Origin: Verrucomicrobiota bacterium
GTDB taxonomy: Bacteria > Verrucomicrobiota > Verrucomicrobiia > Limisphaerales > JADJPG01
Assembly: GCA_046048995.1 (NCBI GenBank)
Contig: JBJOEZ010000023.1
Coordinates: 475 to 64,474, forward strand
DNA: 64,000 nucleotides
Direction: 5' to 3'
The position numbers were made by a program, and so were the translations under genes. The notes beneath the pieces are model-generated. The model did not search any database, was not told the origin of the DNA, and worked only from the letters and a program-made list of their open reading frames with translations. This document shows positions 7,525 through 18,800 of the stretch, in pieces (position 1 is the first letter of the stretch; each line of letters starts with the position of its first letter).

Positions 7525-10194
7525 TCACAGCCAGGCGACGCCCGGGTAGGTGCGGGCGAGGCTGGACTTGAGCTTGGGATAGGTGTTGGTGCGGAAGGCC
7601 GGCCAGTTGAAGGTGGAGTCCAGCCGTTTTCCATCGGGGCCGCACAGCCAGAGCTTGACCGGGATCTTGCCCTCGCAGAGGTGGGGATGCTCGCGCAAGG
7701 GGAAGCACTCATGGAGCTTCACCTGCAATTCAGGCGCGTTGGGTTCCCCGTCCTCGTCGAGGGGGGCCTCCGGGTACAGGAGCTTGAGCTTCCGGCCGTC
7801 GGGCCACGTGACGTGGACCGGGGCCAGTTCATCGAGCCAGCCCTGCTGTTCGGGGGCCAGGTGGCGGAGGATGGCCTCGCGGACGTGGGTGGCCTGGGCC
7901 TCCTTGACCAGGGTGAGGCCGGCGAAGGCGCGGGCCAGGCAGGCGGTCACGGCGGCGTCATCGAGCGGGGGAAACTCGAGTTCCGGGGCGGCGGCGCAGA
8001 CGAGGTTCACGCGCGCGACGTACTGCTTGACCTCGTGGTTGAAGAGGGGCAGCTCGAAGTAGCCCTTGCGCCAGGCCTCGGCCAGGCAACGGCCGGAGGC
8101 GGCGGGCTCCACCTCGCGCTGGTGTTCGTGATGGACGACGAGATCGACGAAGCGGACCAGTTTGACGGCCGCCACGCGCTTGTGGGTGCGATCGAAGAGG
8201 TGTTCCACCTTTCCGTGCAGGTGCTGGGGGAACATCTCCTCCAGCCACTCGCGCTTCACCGCGCTGGCCAGCCCCAGCAGGGTGAGCGTTCCGGACCCGC
8301 GCCCCGGCACCTCCCGGATGCTGGCCGCCACGAGGAGCGGGGCCTGCTGGACCACGCTCTCGCGCTGCAGCGTCCCGTGCCGGCCCTCGGTCAGGTCGCA
8401 CTCGAGCGTGCCCTGGTCCCGCCGCTGGCACAGCTGGTCGATGAATCCCGCCGCCAGGCAGCGCAACAGGGCGTCGTCGTCCGGGGGAGTCCCCCCGGAG
8501 CCACCCGCCCCGCCCGCGCCGGGGGTGGCCCCGTTGCCCACCTCGAAGCCCTGCCGGCGGGCAATCTCCACGATTTGGTCGTAGGTCTGCTCCACCTGGC
8601 GGGCGGTCTGGGCATGGATGCCATAGCGGCGGCAGCGATCCGGGTTGAAGCCGCAGTTCTTCGCGAACTGGTAGGCCCGCATCAGGGTGAAGAAATCGGA
8701 CAGCTGGCTGGCCTCGAACAATTCCCGCGCCTCCGCGATGTGCTGGTCCTCGCGCCGGAGGCGGGCGAGCAGGTCGCGACCGCTGACCAGGGCCGCGCAG
8801 AGGGCGGCGGCGCGGACGCAGTTGCGGCGGGCGGCCTCGACCATCATGCGCGAGTAGCGCGGGTGCATGGGCAGGCGGAGCATCTGGCGCCCGACCGGGG
8901 TGAGGTCCCCGCCGCCAGGATGATTCGCGCCCTCCTCCGGCAGCCGGATGGCGCCGAGGGTGGTCAGGAGTTTCTCCGCCCGTTCCACGGCCTGGGCATC
9001 GGGCTTGTCCAGCCAGTCAAAGCTGGCCGCGCGGCGGATGCCGAGCGAATGCAGGAGCAGGACCACCTCGGCAAGGTCGGCCCGCTGGATCTCCGGGGTG
9101 TTGCGGGCGGGGCGGTTCAGGTGCCCGCTCTCGGTCCAGAGCCGGTGGCAGGTGCCGGGCGCAGTGCGGCCGGCGCGGCCCTTGCGCTGGTCGGCCGAGG
9201 CCCGGCTGATTTCCTCGATGAAGAGCGTGCCGATGCCGCGGTCGGCGTCGTAGCGCGCGACCCGGGCCTGGCCGCTGTCGACCACATGGCGGATGCCATC
9301 GATGGTCACGCTGGTCTCCGCGACATTGGTGGCGACCACGATCTTGCGCACCGGGCTGGGCGCGAAGGCCAGGTCCTGCTCCTCGGGCTGCAGGTCGCCG
9401 TGCAGGGGGATGAAGGTCACCCGCTCCGCCAGGCGCGCGGCGCGCAGGGCGTTGATGGTGGAGTTGATTTCGCCCATGCCGGGCATGAAGACGAGGATGT
9501 CGCCGGGGTCGCCGGTGTTGACGATGCGCTCCACGGCCGAGGCCGCCTGCTCGGTGATCGGGCGGGAATCCGGCACGTCCTCGAAATAGACCTCCACGGG
9601 AAAGCTCTGGCCTTCGGAACGCAGGACCGGCGTGGCGGGGCCGGCGGCGGGCGGCCCGCCCGCGGGGGCGCCGGGGTCGCGGTCGAGGTAGGTGGCAACC
9701 GGTTCGGCCTCGAGGGTGGCGGACATGACCACAATCTTGAGGTCGGGCCGGGGTCCGCGCTGGATTTGCTTGGCGAGGGCGAGGGCCACGTCGCTCATCA
9801 GGTTCCGCTCATGGAACTCGTCGAAGAGCAGCACGCCCACGTCGCCGAGGTTGCGGTCGTCCTGCAGCCAGCGCAGCAGGATCCCCTCGGTGACGAAGCA
9901 GATGCGGGTGCCGAGGCCGGTCTGGTCATCGAAACGGACCTGGTAACCGACCTCGCCGCCCAGCGGGCTGCCGCGTTCCCAGGCGACGCGGGCGGCCACG
10001 GTGCGGGCGGCAACCCGGCGGGGCTGGAGGCAGACGATGCGCTTGTCCCCGGCCAGGCCGGCCTCGAGGAGCATCTGGGGCACCTGGGTCGTCTTGCCGG
10101 ACCCGGTGGGTGCGACAAGGACGAGCCGGTTGCCGGCGCGCAGGGCGCCGACGATCCCGTCATGGATCTTCCAGATGGGCAGCTCGCGTTGCAC
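7525..10194 (-). CDS. hrpB: ATP-dependent RNA helicase HrpB (DEAH-box)
   Basis: Walker A APTGSGKTTQ, DEAH box LLFDEFHERN, SAT motif MSAT. 889 aa with the HrpB-type C-terminal domain. GTG start at 10194. Confidence 0.9.
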   Translation of the reverse strand: MQRELPIWKIHDGIVGALRAGNRLVLVAPTGSGKTTQVPQMLLEAGLAGDKRIVCLQPRRVAARTVAARVAWERGSPLGGEVGYQVRFDDQTGLGTRICFVTEGILLRWLQDDRNLGDVGVLLFDEFHERNLMSDVALALAKQIQRGPRPDLKIVVMSATLEAEPVATYLDRDPGAPAGGPPAAGPATPVLRSEGQSFPVEVYFEDVPDSRPITEQAASAVERIVNTGDPGDILVFMPGMGEINSTINALRAARLAERVTFIPLHGDLQPEEQDLAFAPSPVRKIVVATNVAETSVTIDGIRHVVDSGQARVARYDADRGIGTLFIEEISRASADQRKGRAGRTAPGTCHRLWTESGHLNRPARNTPEIQRADLAEVVLLLHSLGIRRAASFDWLDKPDAQAVERAEKLLTTLGAIRLPEEGANHPGGGDLTPVGRQMLRLPMHPRYSRMMVEAARRNCVRAAALCAALVSGRDLLARLRREDQHIAEARELFEASQLSDFFTLMRAYQFAKNCGFNPDRCRRYGIHAQTARQVEQTYDQIVEIARRQGFEVGNGATPGAGGAGGSGGTPPDDDALLRCLAAGFIDQLCQRRDQGTLECDLTEGRHGTLQRESVVQQAPLLVAASIREVPGRGSGTLTLLGLASAVKREWLEEMFPQHLHGKVEHLFDRTHKRVAAVKLVRFVDLVVHHEHQREVEPAASGRCLAEAWRKGYFELPLFNHEVKQYVARVNLVCAAAPELEFPPLDDAAVTACLARAFAGLTLVKEAQATHVREAILRHLAPEQQGWLDELAPVHVTWPDGRKLKLLYPEAPLDEDGEPNAPELQVKLHECFPLREHPHLCEGKIPVKLWLCGPDGKRLDSTFNWPAFRTNTYPKLKSSLARTYPGVAWL

Positions 10195-10224
10195 GGGAGA
10201 GGCGCGTCGTCCGGGGGCGCCCGG

Positions 10225-10515
10225 CTACTTGACGAACTGCAGGAGGGCGAGCGTGGCCAGGGTGGCCAGGACAAGCACCCCGTTGGGCATCATCTTCTTC
10301 GACTTGGCAAGCCGGAAGGCGAAGAGGACGAGGAGCACCAGGAGGATCCATGTCGAGTAGCCAAAGGGAAACACGTTGAGCTGGCAGAGGATGAGCGGGA
10401 CCGCGCACAGCACGGAGGCGATGAGCGAGGCCTTGCTGCCAGCCTTGAGCAGGCCGACCATGCCGCCAACGATGAGGAGGCCGATGTAAATCCAGAGGAG
10501 AATGGGGGCGTTCAT
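10225..10515 (-). CDS. small 4-TM membrane protein, TMEM14 (UPF0136)-like
   Basis: 96 aa with four hydrophobic segments. The VGGMVGLLKAGSKASLIAS motif resembles the TMEM14 GG..GY.KAGS signature. Lies directly upstream of hrpB on the same strand. Confidence 0.65.
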   Translation of the reverse strand: MNAPILLWIYIGLLIVGGMVGLLKAGSKASLIASVLCAVPLILCQLNVFPFGYSTWILLVLLVLFAFRLAKSKKMMPNGVLVLATLATLALLQFVK

Positions 10516-10795
10516 AGCGGGCGGGATGGTCGGGCAAGCGCGGGGGGGAAACCAAGTGGGAAGTTGGGGAATGAGCGGGTGAGCGAGCCAGCGAGGGGGG
10601 CGATGCGGAAGCCAAAGTCATCTGGGCGGGGCGGTCAGCACACGGCGGGAAACACGCGGAACCTCGAACCCCGGGGCGCCACCGGTGCATGAGCCTGACC
10701 CGCGCCCGGGAGTCGGACTCGCGGGTGATTGGGATTGCCCCGCGGGCGTTGGCTTCCCGCTTGCGGCGGCGGCGCGGTTCCCGGTAGCCTTTTCC

Positions 10796-12322
10796 ATGGC
10801 CAAAATTCTCGTCGTTGATGACGAGGTGACCATGGTGCAAATGGTCACCGAGCTGCTCCGGGCGGAGGGCCATGAGGTGTATCCCTACAGCAACGGGCAG
10901 GCCGCGCTGGACGGCCTGGAGGAGCACCAGCCCGAGATGGTGATCACGGACCTGAACCTGGAGAAGTCGAAGGTGCAGGGGCTGGACATCCTGAAGAAGG
11001 CCCGTTCGCTGAACCCGCCGGCGGAAGTGATCGTGGTGACCGCCTTTGGCACGGTGGGAACCGCGGTGGAGGCCATGAAGCACGGGGCCTACGACTACCT
11101 GGAAAAGCCCTTCAAACTGGGCGATTTCCGGCTCTGCGCCCAGCGCGCGCTCTCCTACACCAAGGCGATGGCGGAGAACCATTACCTGAAGAAGCAGCTG
11201 AGCGAGAAGTACCAGCTGAACCAGATCATCGGGACGAGCGAGCCGATGCAGCGGGTGTTCCGGATGATTGAGCGGGTGGCGGACACGGACAGCACCGTGC
11301 TCATTTTGGGCGAGAGCGGGACGGGCAAGGAACTGGTGGCCCGGGCCCTGCACTTCAACAGCCGCCGGCGCAACGCCCCCTTCATCCCGGTCAACTGCGC
11401 GGCCCTGCCCGAGAACCTGCTCGAGTCCGAGCTGTTCGGGCATCGCAAGGGCGCCTTCACCGGGGCCCTCACCGACAAGAAGGGCCTCTTTGCCGAGGCG
11501 GACGGCGGCACGCTGTTCCTGGACGAAATCGGGACCATGCCGGCCCTGCTGCAAAGCCGCCTCCTCCGCGTCCTGCAGGACAAGGAGGTCCGCCGGGTGG
11601 GCGACAACACCCCGGTGCACGTCAACGTCCGCGTGCTGGCCGCCACCAACGAGCCCCTCGAGCGCCGCATCAAGGACGGCTCCTTCCGCGAGGACCTCTA
11701 CTACCGCCTCAACGTCATCCCCATCCCCCTGCCCGCCCTGCGCGAGCGCCGCGACGACATCCCGCTGCTCGTGTCCAGCTTCCTGCGCCGCCACGCCAGC
11801 CCGCGCACCGGTCAGCCCTTCCAGATCAGCCGCCAGGCCCTGGCCGCGCTCAGCGCCCATGCCTGGCCGGGCAACGTGCGCGAACTCGAGAACGTCATCG
11901 AACGCACCTGCGCCCTCTGCGAAGCCGACCTCATCCAGCTGGCCGACCTGCCCCCGACCCTGCAGGCCGCCTCCGCCAGCGGGGCCCCTGCGGTGGAAAC
12001 CCCCGCGGCCACACCCCTCCCCGGCTCAACCCCGGCCGCCGCCCCCGCTCTTCCCGCCCCGCCGCCCGCTCCCGCACCCCCGGCCCCGGAGGCGACCGTC
12101 GGCATGGCCGCCCCGGACACCGCAGCGGCCCTGCCGGCCTTGGCCCCCGCGGAATCCCTCAAGGAATTCCTGCGCGAACAGGAACTGCACTACCTCCATC
12201 GCACCCTGGCCCTGACCGGGGGTGACAAGGAAAAGGCCGCCAGCCTGCTGGGAATCAGCCTGGCCACCCTCTACCGGAAGCTGGCGGAGTCGGGTGAGGC
12301 GGCCGGCGGGCGGACGGCCTGA
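10796..12322 (+). CDS. sigma-54-dependent response regulator (NtrC/AtoC family: REC + AAA+ + Fis-type HTH)
   Basis: REC domain MAKILVVDDE...ITDLNL. AAA+ Walker A GESGTGKE, sigma-54 contact loop GAFTGA, Walker B LFLDEI. C-terminal HTH AASLLGISLATLYRKL follows a ~70-aa Pro/Ala-rich linker. Start trimmed to ATG 10796. Confidence 0.9.
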   Translation: MAKILVVDDEVTMVQMVTELLRAEGHEVYPYSNGQAALDGLEEHQPEMVITDLNLEKSKVQGLDILKKARSLNPPAEVIVVTAFGTVGTAVEAMKHGAYDYLEKPFKLGDFRLCAQRALSYTKAMAENHYLKKQLSEKYQLNQIIGTSEPMQRVFRMIERVADTDSTVLILGESGTGKELVARALHFNSRRRNAPFIPVNCAALPENLLESELFGHRKGAFTGALTDKKGLFAEADGGTLFLDEIGTMPALLQSRLLRVLQDKEVRRVGDNTPVHVNVRVLAATNEPLERRIKDGSFREDLYYRLNVIPIPLPALRERRDDIPLLVSSFLRRHASPRTGQPFQISRQALAALSAHAWPGNVRELENVIERTCALCEADLIQLADLPPTLQAASASGAPAVETPAATPLPGSTPAAAPALPAPPPAPAPPAPEATVGMAAPDTAAALPALAPAESLKEFLREQELHYLHRTLALTGGDKEKAASLLGISLATLYRKLAESGEAAGGRTA

Positions 12323-12368
12323 AATCCGGCGCGACGGGTTCCGGAGGAAAACCGGCAGGCCAGCCTGC

Positions 12369-15300
12369 TCAGAGAGGCCGGAGGGCCAGCACCACGTAGT
12401 AGAACTGGCCAGGCAGGCCGGGCGGCGGGAGGGTGACGCTGAACACGCCGCTGGAATGGGGGACATCGGCCACCGCGGTGCTGAAGGGGCCGGCCACGGC
12501 ATTGGCACGGCGGATGGAGAAGATGAGCTTGTCGGCATAGGCCAGGTGGAAGTTCCACGCCAGGGTGACATTGCCGCCGGAATCGACCTGGATGGCCACG
12601 GCGGGCCGGGCCAAGGCGGCGGGGCTGACCCCGGGCACACCGAACGCGTCCGAGGGATCGCTTCCCTCCCACATCTCCTGCAGGTTCCGGTAGCCATCGC
12701 CGTCAAAATCGCCGAAGGCATCCGCGCCCAACCCGTCGAGGAACAACTGTTCCCACGTGTCGAGCAGGAGATCACCGTCCGCATCCGGGTCGCTGGCCAC
12801 GGGAATGCCGGTCATGCTGACGCTGATGACCTCGATCGCTTCGCCGACACAGGCGGTGTTGGTCACATCCGTATAGCCGGCCACGGTCACCTCGGTGCCG
12901 GGGATGACGGTGAAGGCGTCGGGGAACCGGAAGGGGCGGCCGAGGGAATCCACGAGGTTGCGCGGGGCGGCGAAGGTGGCCGTCTCGAGCCGGGTGCAGC
13001 TGTTGGAGACGAAGGAGTCGCTGCGCACGCGCAGGACCACGCTGGTGGTCGGCCGGGGCGCGGCCAGGGCGAGCAGGTTGGAGATGGCCCTGCAGGCGTT
13101 GGTGTAGGTGATGGGCGCCAGGGTGCTGACCGCCAGGTAATTGCTGTCCAGCGTGCAGGAGGCGAGGAAGGTGCGCAGCGTGTCGACCGGCGAACCATAG
13201 ACGCCGGGGGCGGCGTTGTTGGAGGCGCTGCTGATGCGGTAGATCTCCGTGGCGAGATCCCGGAGCGAGGTCGTGGAGGGGTCGGCGTTGGTGCGGACGG
13301 CGTTTTGGAGGCGGAGGAAGACGTTGGTCAGGCGGTAGCCCGGGAAACTGTTGGTCGCGCGCTCGAGGGAGAGGAGGAGGCTGCGGGGGACGTTGCTCCG
13401 GGTGACATCACCGGCGCGGCTGGGGAAGAGCGTGAGGTTGGTGCCCCAGTTGGTGCCGCGGGTGGTGAGGATGCGCCCGACGACCCGCTCGGTCAGGAGG
13501 GCGGTCAGGGTGTCCTGCACGGTGATATCCCCGCGCACAGTGGGACGGGTGACGACGGCGTAGGCATTGGAGGCGGCGCGCACCCAGTTGGTGGCCTCGA
13601 CGAGCAGGTTGCTGCCGCCGTAGGCGTAGTTGACCAACACGGGCGTGATGGCCGGGACCGGGACCAACCGCAGCAACTCACGGCCAATGCGCCGGTCGGG
13701 GGAGGAGGTGATGATGTCGTAATGCGTCTCCGGCGTGCTGTAGAGCCAGGGCAACGAGGGATCAAAACTGATGTTGGTGGCGAGGGCGGAGGGATTGGTG
13801 ACGCCGCTGGTGAAGAGGTTGGTGAGCAGGCCGACCCCAAGCAGGCTGCCCTGGGGATCGTAGGTCCGGACATGGCTGCCGGTGGCGCAGAGGGAGGCGA
13901 TGCCAAAGACCCCGTTGTAGGCCCGCGGGGTGACCACGAGGTCAAAGGCGGCCCGCTCCTCCAGGCGCCGCGACCCCGCCCCCGGCACGCTCGCCGGGTT
14001 GGCCGGGTCCGAGCCCCGGATCAACTCGTCCTTGTCGTTCCAGCCGTCGCCATCGGTGTCCGCGCCGCCGTCGGGGTCCAGCCCGCGCGCAATCTCCACG
14101 AAGTCCGGCACCCCGTCCCCGTCCGTGTCCCGTGACCCGTCGGCCGTCGAGAACGTGTAGGTCGCGTACTGGATGCGCGACTTGCGGTCGCCGGCGGCCG
14201 GCTTGCCGTAATAGGCAATGGTCGTGTTGCTGTAGACCTGGAACGGCGCGGTGTAGAGCGTCCATGCGGCGGCGGGATTGAGCCGGTACCAGACCTGGTC
14301 GCCGGAGGGCGTGGCCGTGAAGGTGATCGGCTGGCTGTTGGCGTAGGTGCCGGGGTCGGGGGTGATGCGGACCTCGGTGACCTGATCCCCGAGGGCGGGG
14401 GAGAGGCCGTAGAGCGAGATGGGGTCGGCATATTGGTTGGCGAGGCCGAAGGCGGCCGAGGGATGTTTGGGCCCGAGGGGCGTGAAGGTGGCGTTGCGCA
14501 GGCCGTTGCTGACCCCGGCGTAGCGCTCGGCGAAGGCGCCGGCCAGGCCGCCGGTGAGGGTCAGGCGGGACGACCAGTCGCCGGCATTGAGCGAGCGGAG
14601 GAGGAGGGGGGAATCGTTGACAAACGGCTCGGCCTGGAACTGGAAGACATTGGCGCCGCCGGCCACGGCGGGGAGGGTGGCGAGCGCGCCGGTGGCCACG
14701 AGCGAGTGGGTGCCGCCGCTGTAGTTGTATTGCTGGAAGCCGGTGGAGGAGGCGCTGCCGCCCTGGGCGGTGAAGAGGAGGAAGGCGTTGCCGCCGGGGC
14801 CGGCGGCGCCGCTGAAGCGTTGCCCGGCCGGCGCGGTGAAATTGGTGCGCAGGACCGGGGCCGTGGCCCCGTTGAAGTCGTAGACCCCGGCCGCCGTGCC
14901 GCCGGCGAAGAGGATAAGCAGCTTGTTGGTGGCGGTCCCGGGCACGACGAAGACCTGGGAGAGAGCGCTGGCAAAGGAGAAGGTGGTGAGCGGGCCGAGG
15001 CTGAAGTTGGCCGAGCCGGCGGGCGACTCCAGGATGGGACGGAGGAGGAGATTGGAGTCCCCGGGCTTCCAGAACAGGTATTGGGCGAGGGGGGACGGAT
15101 TGAAGTTCGCGGTCACGTAATCGCTGTCGGCCGGGACGTTGGTGGACACCTTGATCACCGGGGAGCCATTGGTGAGTTCCACCAGCCGGAACTCGTTGGT
15201 GGGCGCGGTGCGCAGAACCATGCCGAGCAGACGCGGGTGGGTGGTGCGGGCGGTGACGCGGTTGAGGCGGCCGGCCGGGGCGGTGAAGGCGGGCTCGGCG

Positions 15301-15845
15301 AGGAGGGTGAGGTTGGTGCCGTTGGTGTTGCGGACGGTGGCGAGGCGGTAGGGTGTGCCGCCGCCATTGAGGACACTGACCGCGACGAGGTCGTCGTAGG
15401 TGTTGTTGCCGGCGCCGCCGATGTCGATGGCGCCCACCGCGGAGGGGCCCACGGAGGAGAGGAAGGCGGAGACCGGGGTGCCGGGTACCGTGACGCTGGA
15501 GGCGTCGAGCAGGTTGAGGCGGTTGGCGTCGGGCCCGGTGACGGCGAGGCCCGGGCGGGCGAGCGAGAGAAGGGATCCCAGGGCGAGCCCGGTGGGTTGG
15601 ACGACGCCGCTGGAGCGGGGGTCGACCCAGGTATAGACGCCGGCGGTCTGCTGGTAGCCGATGCGATAGGCCCCGGTGGCGCGGTCGAGGATGAGGAGGT
15701 CCTGGCGGCCGTCCCCGTCGAGGTCGGCTGAGGCGCTGAACTCGGCGTGGTTCTCGGAGACGAACCCGGTCTGGGCCTGGACGGCGGGAACCATCCCACC
15801 GACGACTGCGGCGAGGAGCGTCCCGAGCAGGGGGCGGATGTTCAC
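12369..15845 (-). CDS. giant secreted protein P3 (1158 aa): FG-GAP/VCBS-like repeats plus thrombospondin-type-3-like Ca-binding repeats
   Basis: Signal peptide (M)NIRPLLGTLLAAVVGGMVPAVQAQ. DLDGDGRQDLLILDRATGAYRIGY is FG-GAP-like. DTDGDGVPDF..DTDGDGWNDKDE and DPDADGDLLLD..DFDGDGYRN are TSP3-like. The GTG start overlaps the P2 stop (GTGA). Confidence 0.8.
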   Translation of the reverse strand: MNIRPLLGTLLAAVVGGMVPAVQAQTGFVSENHAEFSASADLDGDGRQDLLILDRATGAYRIGYQQTAGVYTWVDPRSSGVVQPTGLALGSLLSLARPGLAVTGPDANRLNLLDASSVTVPGTPVSAFLSSVGPSAVGAIDIGGAGNNTYDDLVAVSVLNGGGTPYRLATVRNTNGTNLTLLAEPAFTAPAGRLNRVTARTTHPRLLGMVLRTAPTNEFRLVELTNGSPVIKVSTNVPADSDYVTANFNPSPLAQYLFWKPGDSNLLLRPILESPAGSANFSLGPLTTFSFASALSQVFVVPGTATNKLLILFAGGTAAGVYDFNGATAPVLRTNFTAPAGQRFSGAAGPGGNAFLLFTAQGGSASSTGFQQYNYSGGTHSLVATGALATLPAVAGGANVFQFQAEPFVNDSPLLLRSLNAGDWSSRLTLTGGLAGAFAERYAGVSNGLRNATFTPLGPKHPSAAFGLANQYADPISLYGLSPALGDQVTEVRITPDPGTYANSQPITFTATPSGDQVWYRLNPAAAWTLYTAPFQVYSNTTIAYYGKPAAGDRKSRIQYATYTFSTADGSRDTDGDGVPDFVEIARGLDPDGGADTDGDGWNDKDELIRGSDPANPASVPGAGSRRLEERAAFDLVVTPRAYNGVFGIASLCATGSHVRTYDPQGSLLGVGLLTNLFTSGVTNPSALATNISFDPSLPWLYSTPETHYDIITSSPDRRIGRELLRLVPVPAITPVLVNYAYGGSNLLVEATNWVRAASNAYAVVTRPTVRGDITVQDTLTALLTERVVGRILTTRGTNWGTNLTLFPSRAGDVTRSNVPRSLLLSLERATNSFPGYRLTNVFLRLQNAVRTNADPSTTSLRDLATEIYRISSASNNAAPGVYGSPVDTLRTFLASCTLDSNYLAVSTLAPITYTNACRAISNLLALAAPRPTTSVVLRVRSDSFVSNSCTRLETATFAAPRNLVDSLGRPFRFPDAFTVIPGTEVTVAGYTDVTNTACVGEAIEVISVSMTGIPVASDPDADGDLLLDTWEQLFLDGLGADAFGDFDGDGYRNLQEMWEGSDPSDAFGVPGVSPAALARPAVAIQVDSGGNVTLAWNFHLAYADKLIFSIRRANAVAGPFSTAVADVPHSSGVFSVTLPPPGLPGQFYYVVLALRPL

Positions 15846-18800
15846 GGCGTCACCTCCACATCATTGGTCGGGATGATTTGGTCGATCTCGCGGTTGTCCT
15901 TGAAGCGGACGAGCAGGTAGCGGTAGGCGGCGCCGAGGACGACCGGCTGGGTGTCGGTCAGGTAGATGCTGTAGAAGAAGGTGCGGTCGATGGTGCCGGG
16001 GGGCGTCTCGTTGCGGACGAGGATGAACGGGTCATGGATGGCGGCGGCGGGGCCGGCGCCGAGGAACTCGCTGTAGGGGACCAGGCCATAGGCGATGCGT
16101 TCCATGAGGGGCGAGACCTGGATGACGTCGCCCGAAACCACGGGGTAGTTGGCGTTGGGGACCTGGACCCGGTAAAGGGCGACGGGGAGGACCGACTGGC
16201 CGACGCTGTTGGTGTAGAGCCAGGAGACGGGGTCATTGGTCCCGGGGGTGGCGTAGGGGCGGATGGGGAGGCCGCCCTGGGTGGGGCCGGAGTAGACGAG
16301 CTGGCCGATGCGGACGCCGGTGCCGTTGAAGAAGGCGTTGGTGAGGCGGAAGGCGGCGAGCTTGGGCGAAATGCCGTTGGTGACGACGGGGAGGGGCCGG
16401 GACGGCCAGGGGACCGCCTGGGTGACCACGGTGGGGATGGACCAGGCGAACTGCTGGGGTTGGCTGAAATTGGTGCCCGTGCTGCCATCGACCCCGACGG
16501 CGCGGAGCATGACGGTGTAGGTGGGGCCGACCTCGACATCGACCTTGAGGGTGAAGGCGGCGCCGTTGCCGAAGGCGGGGCCGACGCGGCTGGACCGGAA
16601 GACGTTCCATTCGAGTTCCTGGGCGCCCGAGTCGAGGGTGACCGTATAGGTGCGGGTGGCGGTGTTGGTGTTGACGAGGTTGGGGGAGGGACGCGCGCCG
16701 ACGGGGCCGGAGATCCAGACCTCGAAGCGCTCGACGCCGAAGGTGGGGCAGAACCAGTTGAGGCACATCTGCGCGTTGGTGCCGCCGGTGCCGGCGGGTT
16801 CGATGGGGGAAAGGACGGGGGTGGGCAGCGGGCCGGAGAACTCGGTGCACCCGACGCGCTCGAGCGGGCTGGCGTTGCCGTGCTCGTCCAGCAGCTGGAC
16901 GAAGTAGCAGAGCGAGCCCGGGTTGATGGGCATCACGTCGTCGAGCGTGCAGACGAAGCTGGTGGGAACATTGGTCCCCTGGGCGATGAGCGTGAGCGGG
17001 CCGTTGTCCACGCGCCGGTAGATGCGCCATTCATGGCTGTTGGTGGCGGTGTTGAAGCAGATTTCCACGGGCCGGATGTTGGTCTCGCCCGGCGGGCGGG
17101 GCTCATGGCGGAAACACTCGAACCCGGGGCGCGTCTGCAGGGTTGTGATTCCGGCCGTGAACTGGATGCGCTGCTTCACGGTGGAGTCCTGCCAGATGGC
17201 GCCGGCGAGGCTGGCGAGGTCGGACACCTGGCCGCCGGAGGTGCCCACCCGGCAGAGGAAGGTCGGCCCCTGGGTCAACTGCTGGGCGTTGGTGAAGCAG
17301 AACTGGTAAACGGCATCCCGGCCGGTGTCCGGCGGGAAGGGCACCCGGCCCAGGAGGTTGGTCGACGACGGGCCGGCCGCGCTCCGGATGACCACAAAGA
17401 ACTCCGCCCACTCCAGCCGCGCATCAAGCGAGGTGCAGGCCAACTCATAGCGCAGGCAGGCGTCCTGGACAGGCTGGTTGGGGATGAACAGGGCTTCCTT
17501 GGCCACCACGAACGGATAGAGGCAGGAGACCTGGATGAACCCGCCCTGGGAGGCGGGGCCGAGGCGGTCGCGCAGCACGCCGTAGGCGGGCGGGCTGTTG
17601 CCGGAGAGGTTCGTTCCGCACACGCCGTTGTCCTGGGCGCGGACCGTGTACCAGAAGGTGTCCCCTGCCGCGGTGGACGGGACGGGCGCGCCGGCGCCGG
17701 TATCGACGTAGGAATTGGTGCGGCTGCCGGTCACGTGGGGGACGATGGCGATGCGGTTGCTGAGCAGGTTGCCGGAGAGGGCATGCATCTGGGTGATGCT
17801 GCTCCAGCGGTAGACGTGGTAGGCGACGGTGGTTTCCTCCGAGGAATTGGTGTTCTGGAGCCAGTCGATGCGCAGCCGTTGACGGGGGGTGCCGGCCACG
17901 AGGCGGTAGTCATTGCGGACGCGGACCTGCCGGGGGACCGGCGGGGGCATGCGGTCGCAGAGGACGACGCGGGCCGCGGGCGAGACCAGGCCGTCGCGGC
18001 CCAGGATGTCCCGGGCGGTGACGAAGTAGTAGAAGGTGTCGCCATTGACGAAGTTGGTGCGGCCGGGCTCGAACCTGCGGTTGTCGTCGGCGACGAAGAA
18101 GGTGGAGGGATCGGCGACCAGGTCGGGGGCGGTGACGGCGGTGAAGTTTTTGCCGGCAAGGATGGGGACGGTGTTGAGGCGGCGGACGTTGGCGTTGACG
18201 GCGGCGAGGTTGGTCAGGACAGCGGGGGACGGGGGGACGAGATGATAGCCGTTGGCCACCGCGAAGTTGGTGGTCATCCGGTAGACATTGTAGCCGTGGT
18301 TGAGGAGGGACAGGCGGCGGAGGGCGTCGGGGGTGGCCCAGCGCAGGCGGGCGTTGAGGTCGCCGCGGGCGGAGGTATCGGGGACGCTGACCGGGGCGCC
18401 CGGGGCGGGGAGCACGGTGGGTTGGTTGGCCACCACGGTGACGCGCCCGACCACGGCGACGTCCGCGAGCTTGGCGGGATCCCAGAGGCGGAGCTCGAAG
18501 GTGTTGGTGGCGAAGGGGAGCGGTTCAGCGTGCGCGGTGCCGAGGGCGAAGTTGATGGCCGGGTGCATGCGCGAGAGCAGGACCAGGTTGTTGTAGTCGT
18601 CGGCCGTGCCGCGGCCACCGCGCAGCACGGCGGAGACCAGGTTGGCCACGCCGGCGCCGGCCGCGGGAGTGACGTTGTCGAAGAGGTTGGTGATGTCCTG
18701 GCTGAGCTTGGCGAGGTTGTCCCCGACCATCTCGGCGCGCTGGAGGAGGGGGGCGATGACGCGCGGGTCGGTCTGGAACTGGACGACGGCCTTGCGGGCA

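Noticed and set aside
7681-10692. 1003-aa plus-strand ORF opposite hrpB
   Set aside because: hrpB on the minus strand has unambiguous helicase motifs (GSGKT, DEFHE, SAT). The plus-strand ORF is low-complexity antisense.
12323-12368. Possible bidirectional terminator between the convergent sigma-54 regulator and P3
   Set aside because: Only a 6-bp GGCCTG/CAGGCC inverted repeat with a 34-nt loop is present, with no T-run. It is not convincing.
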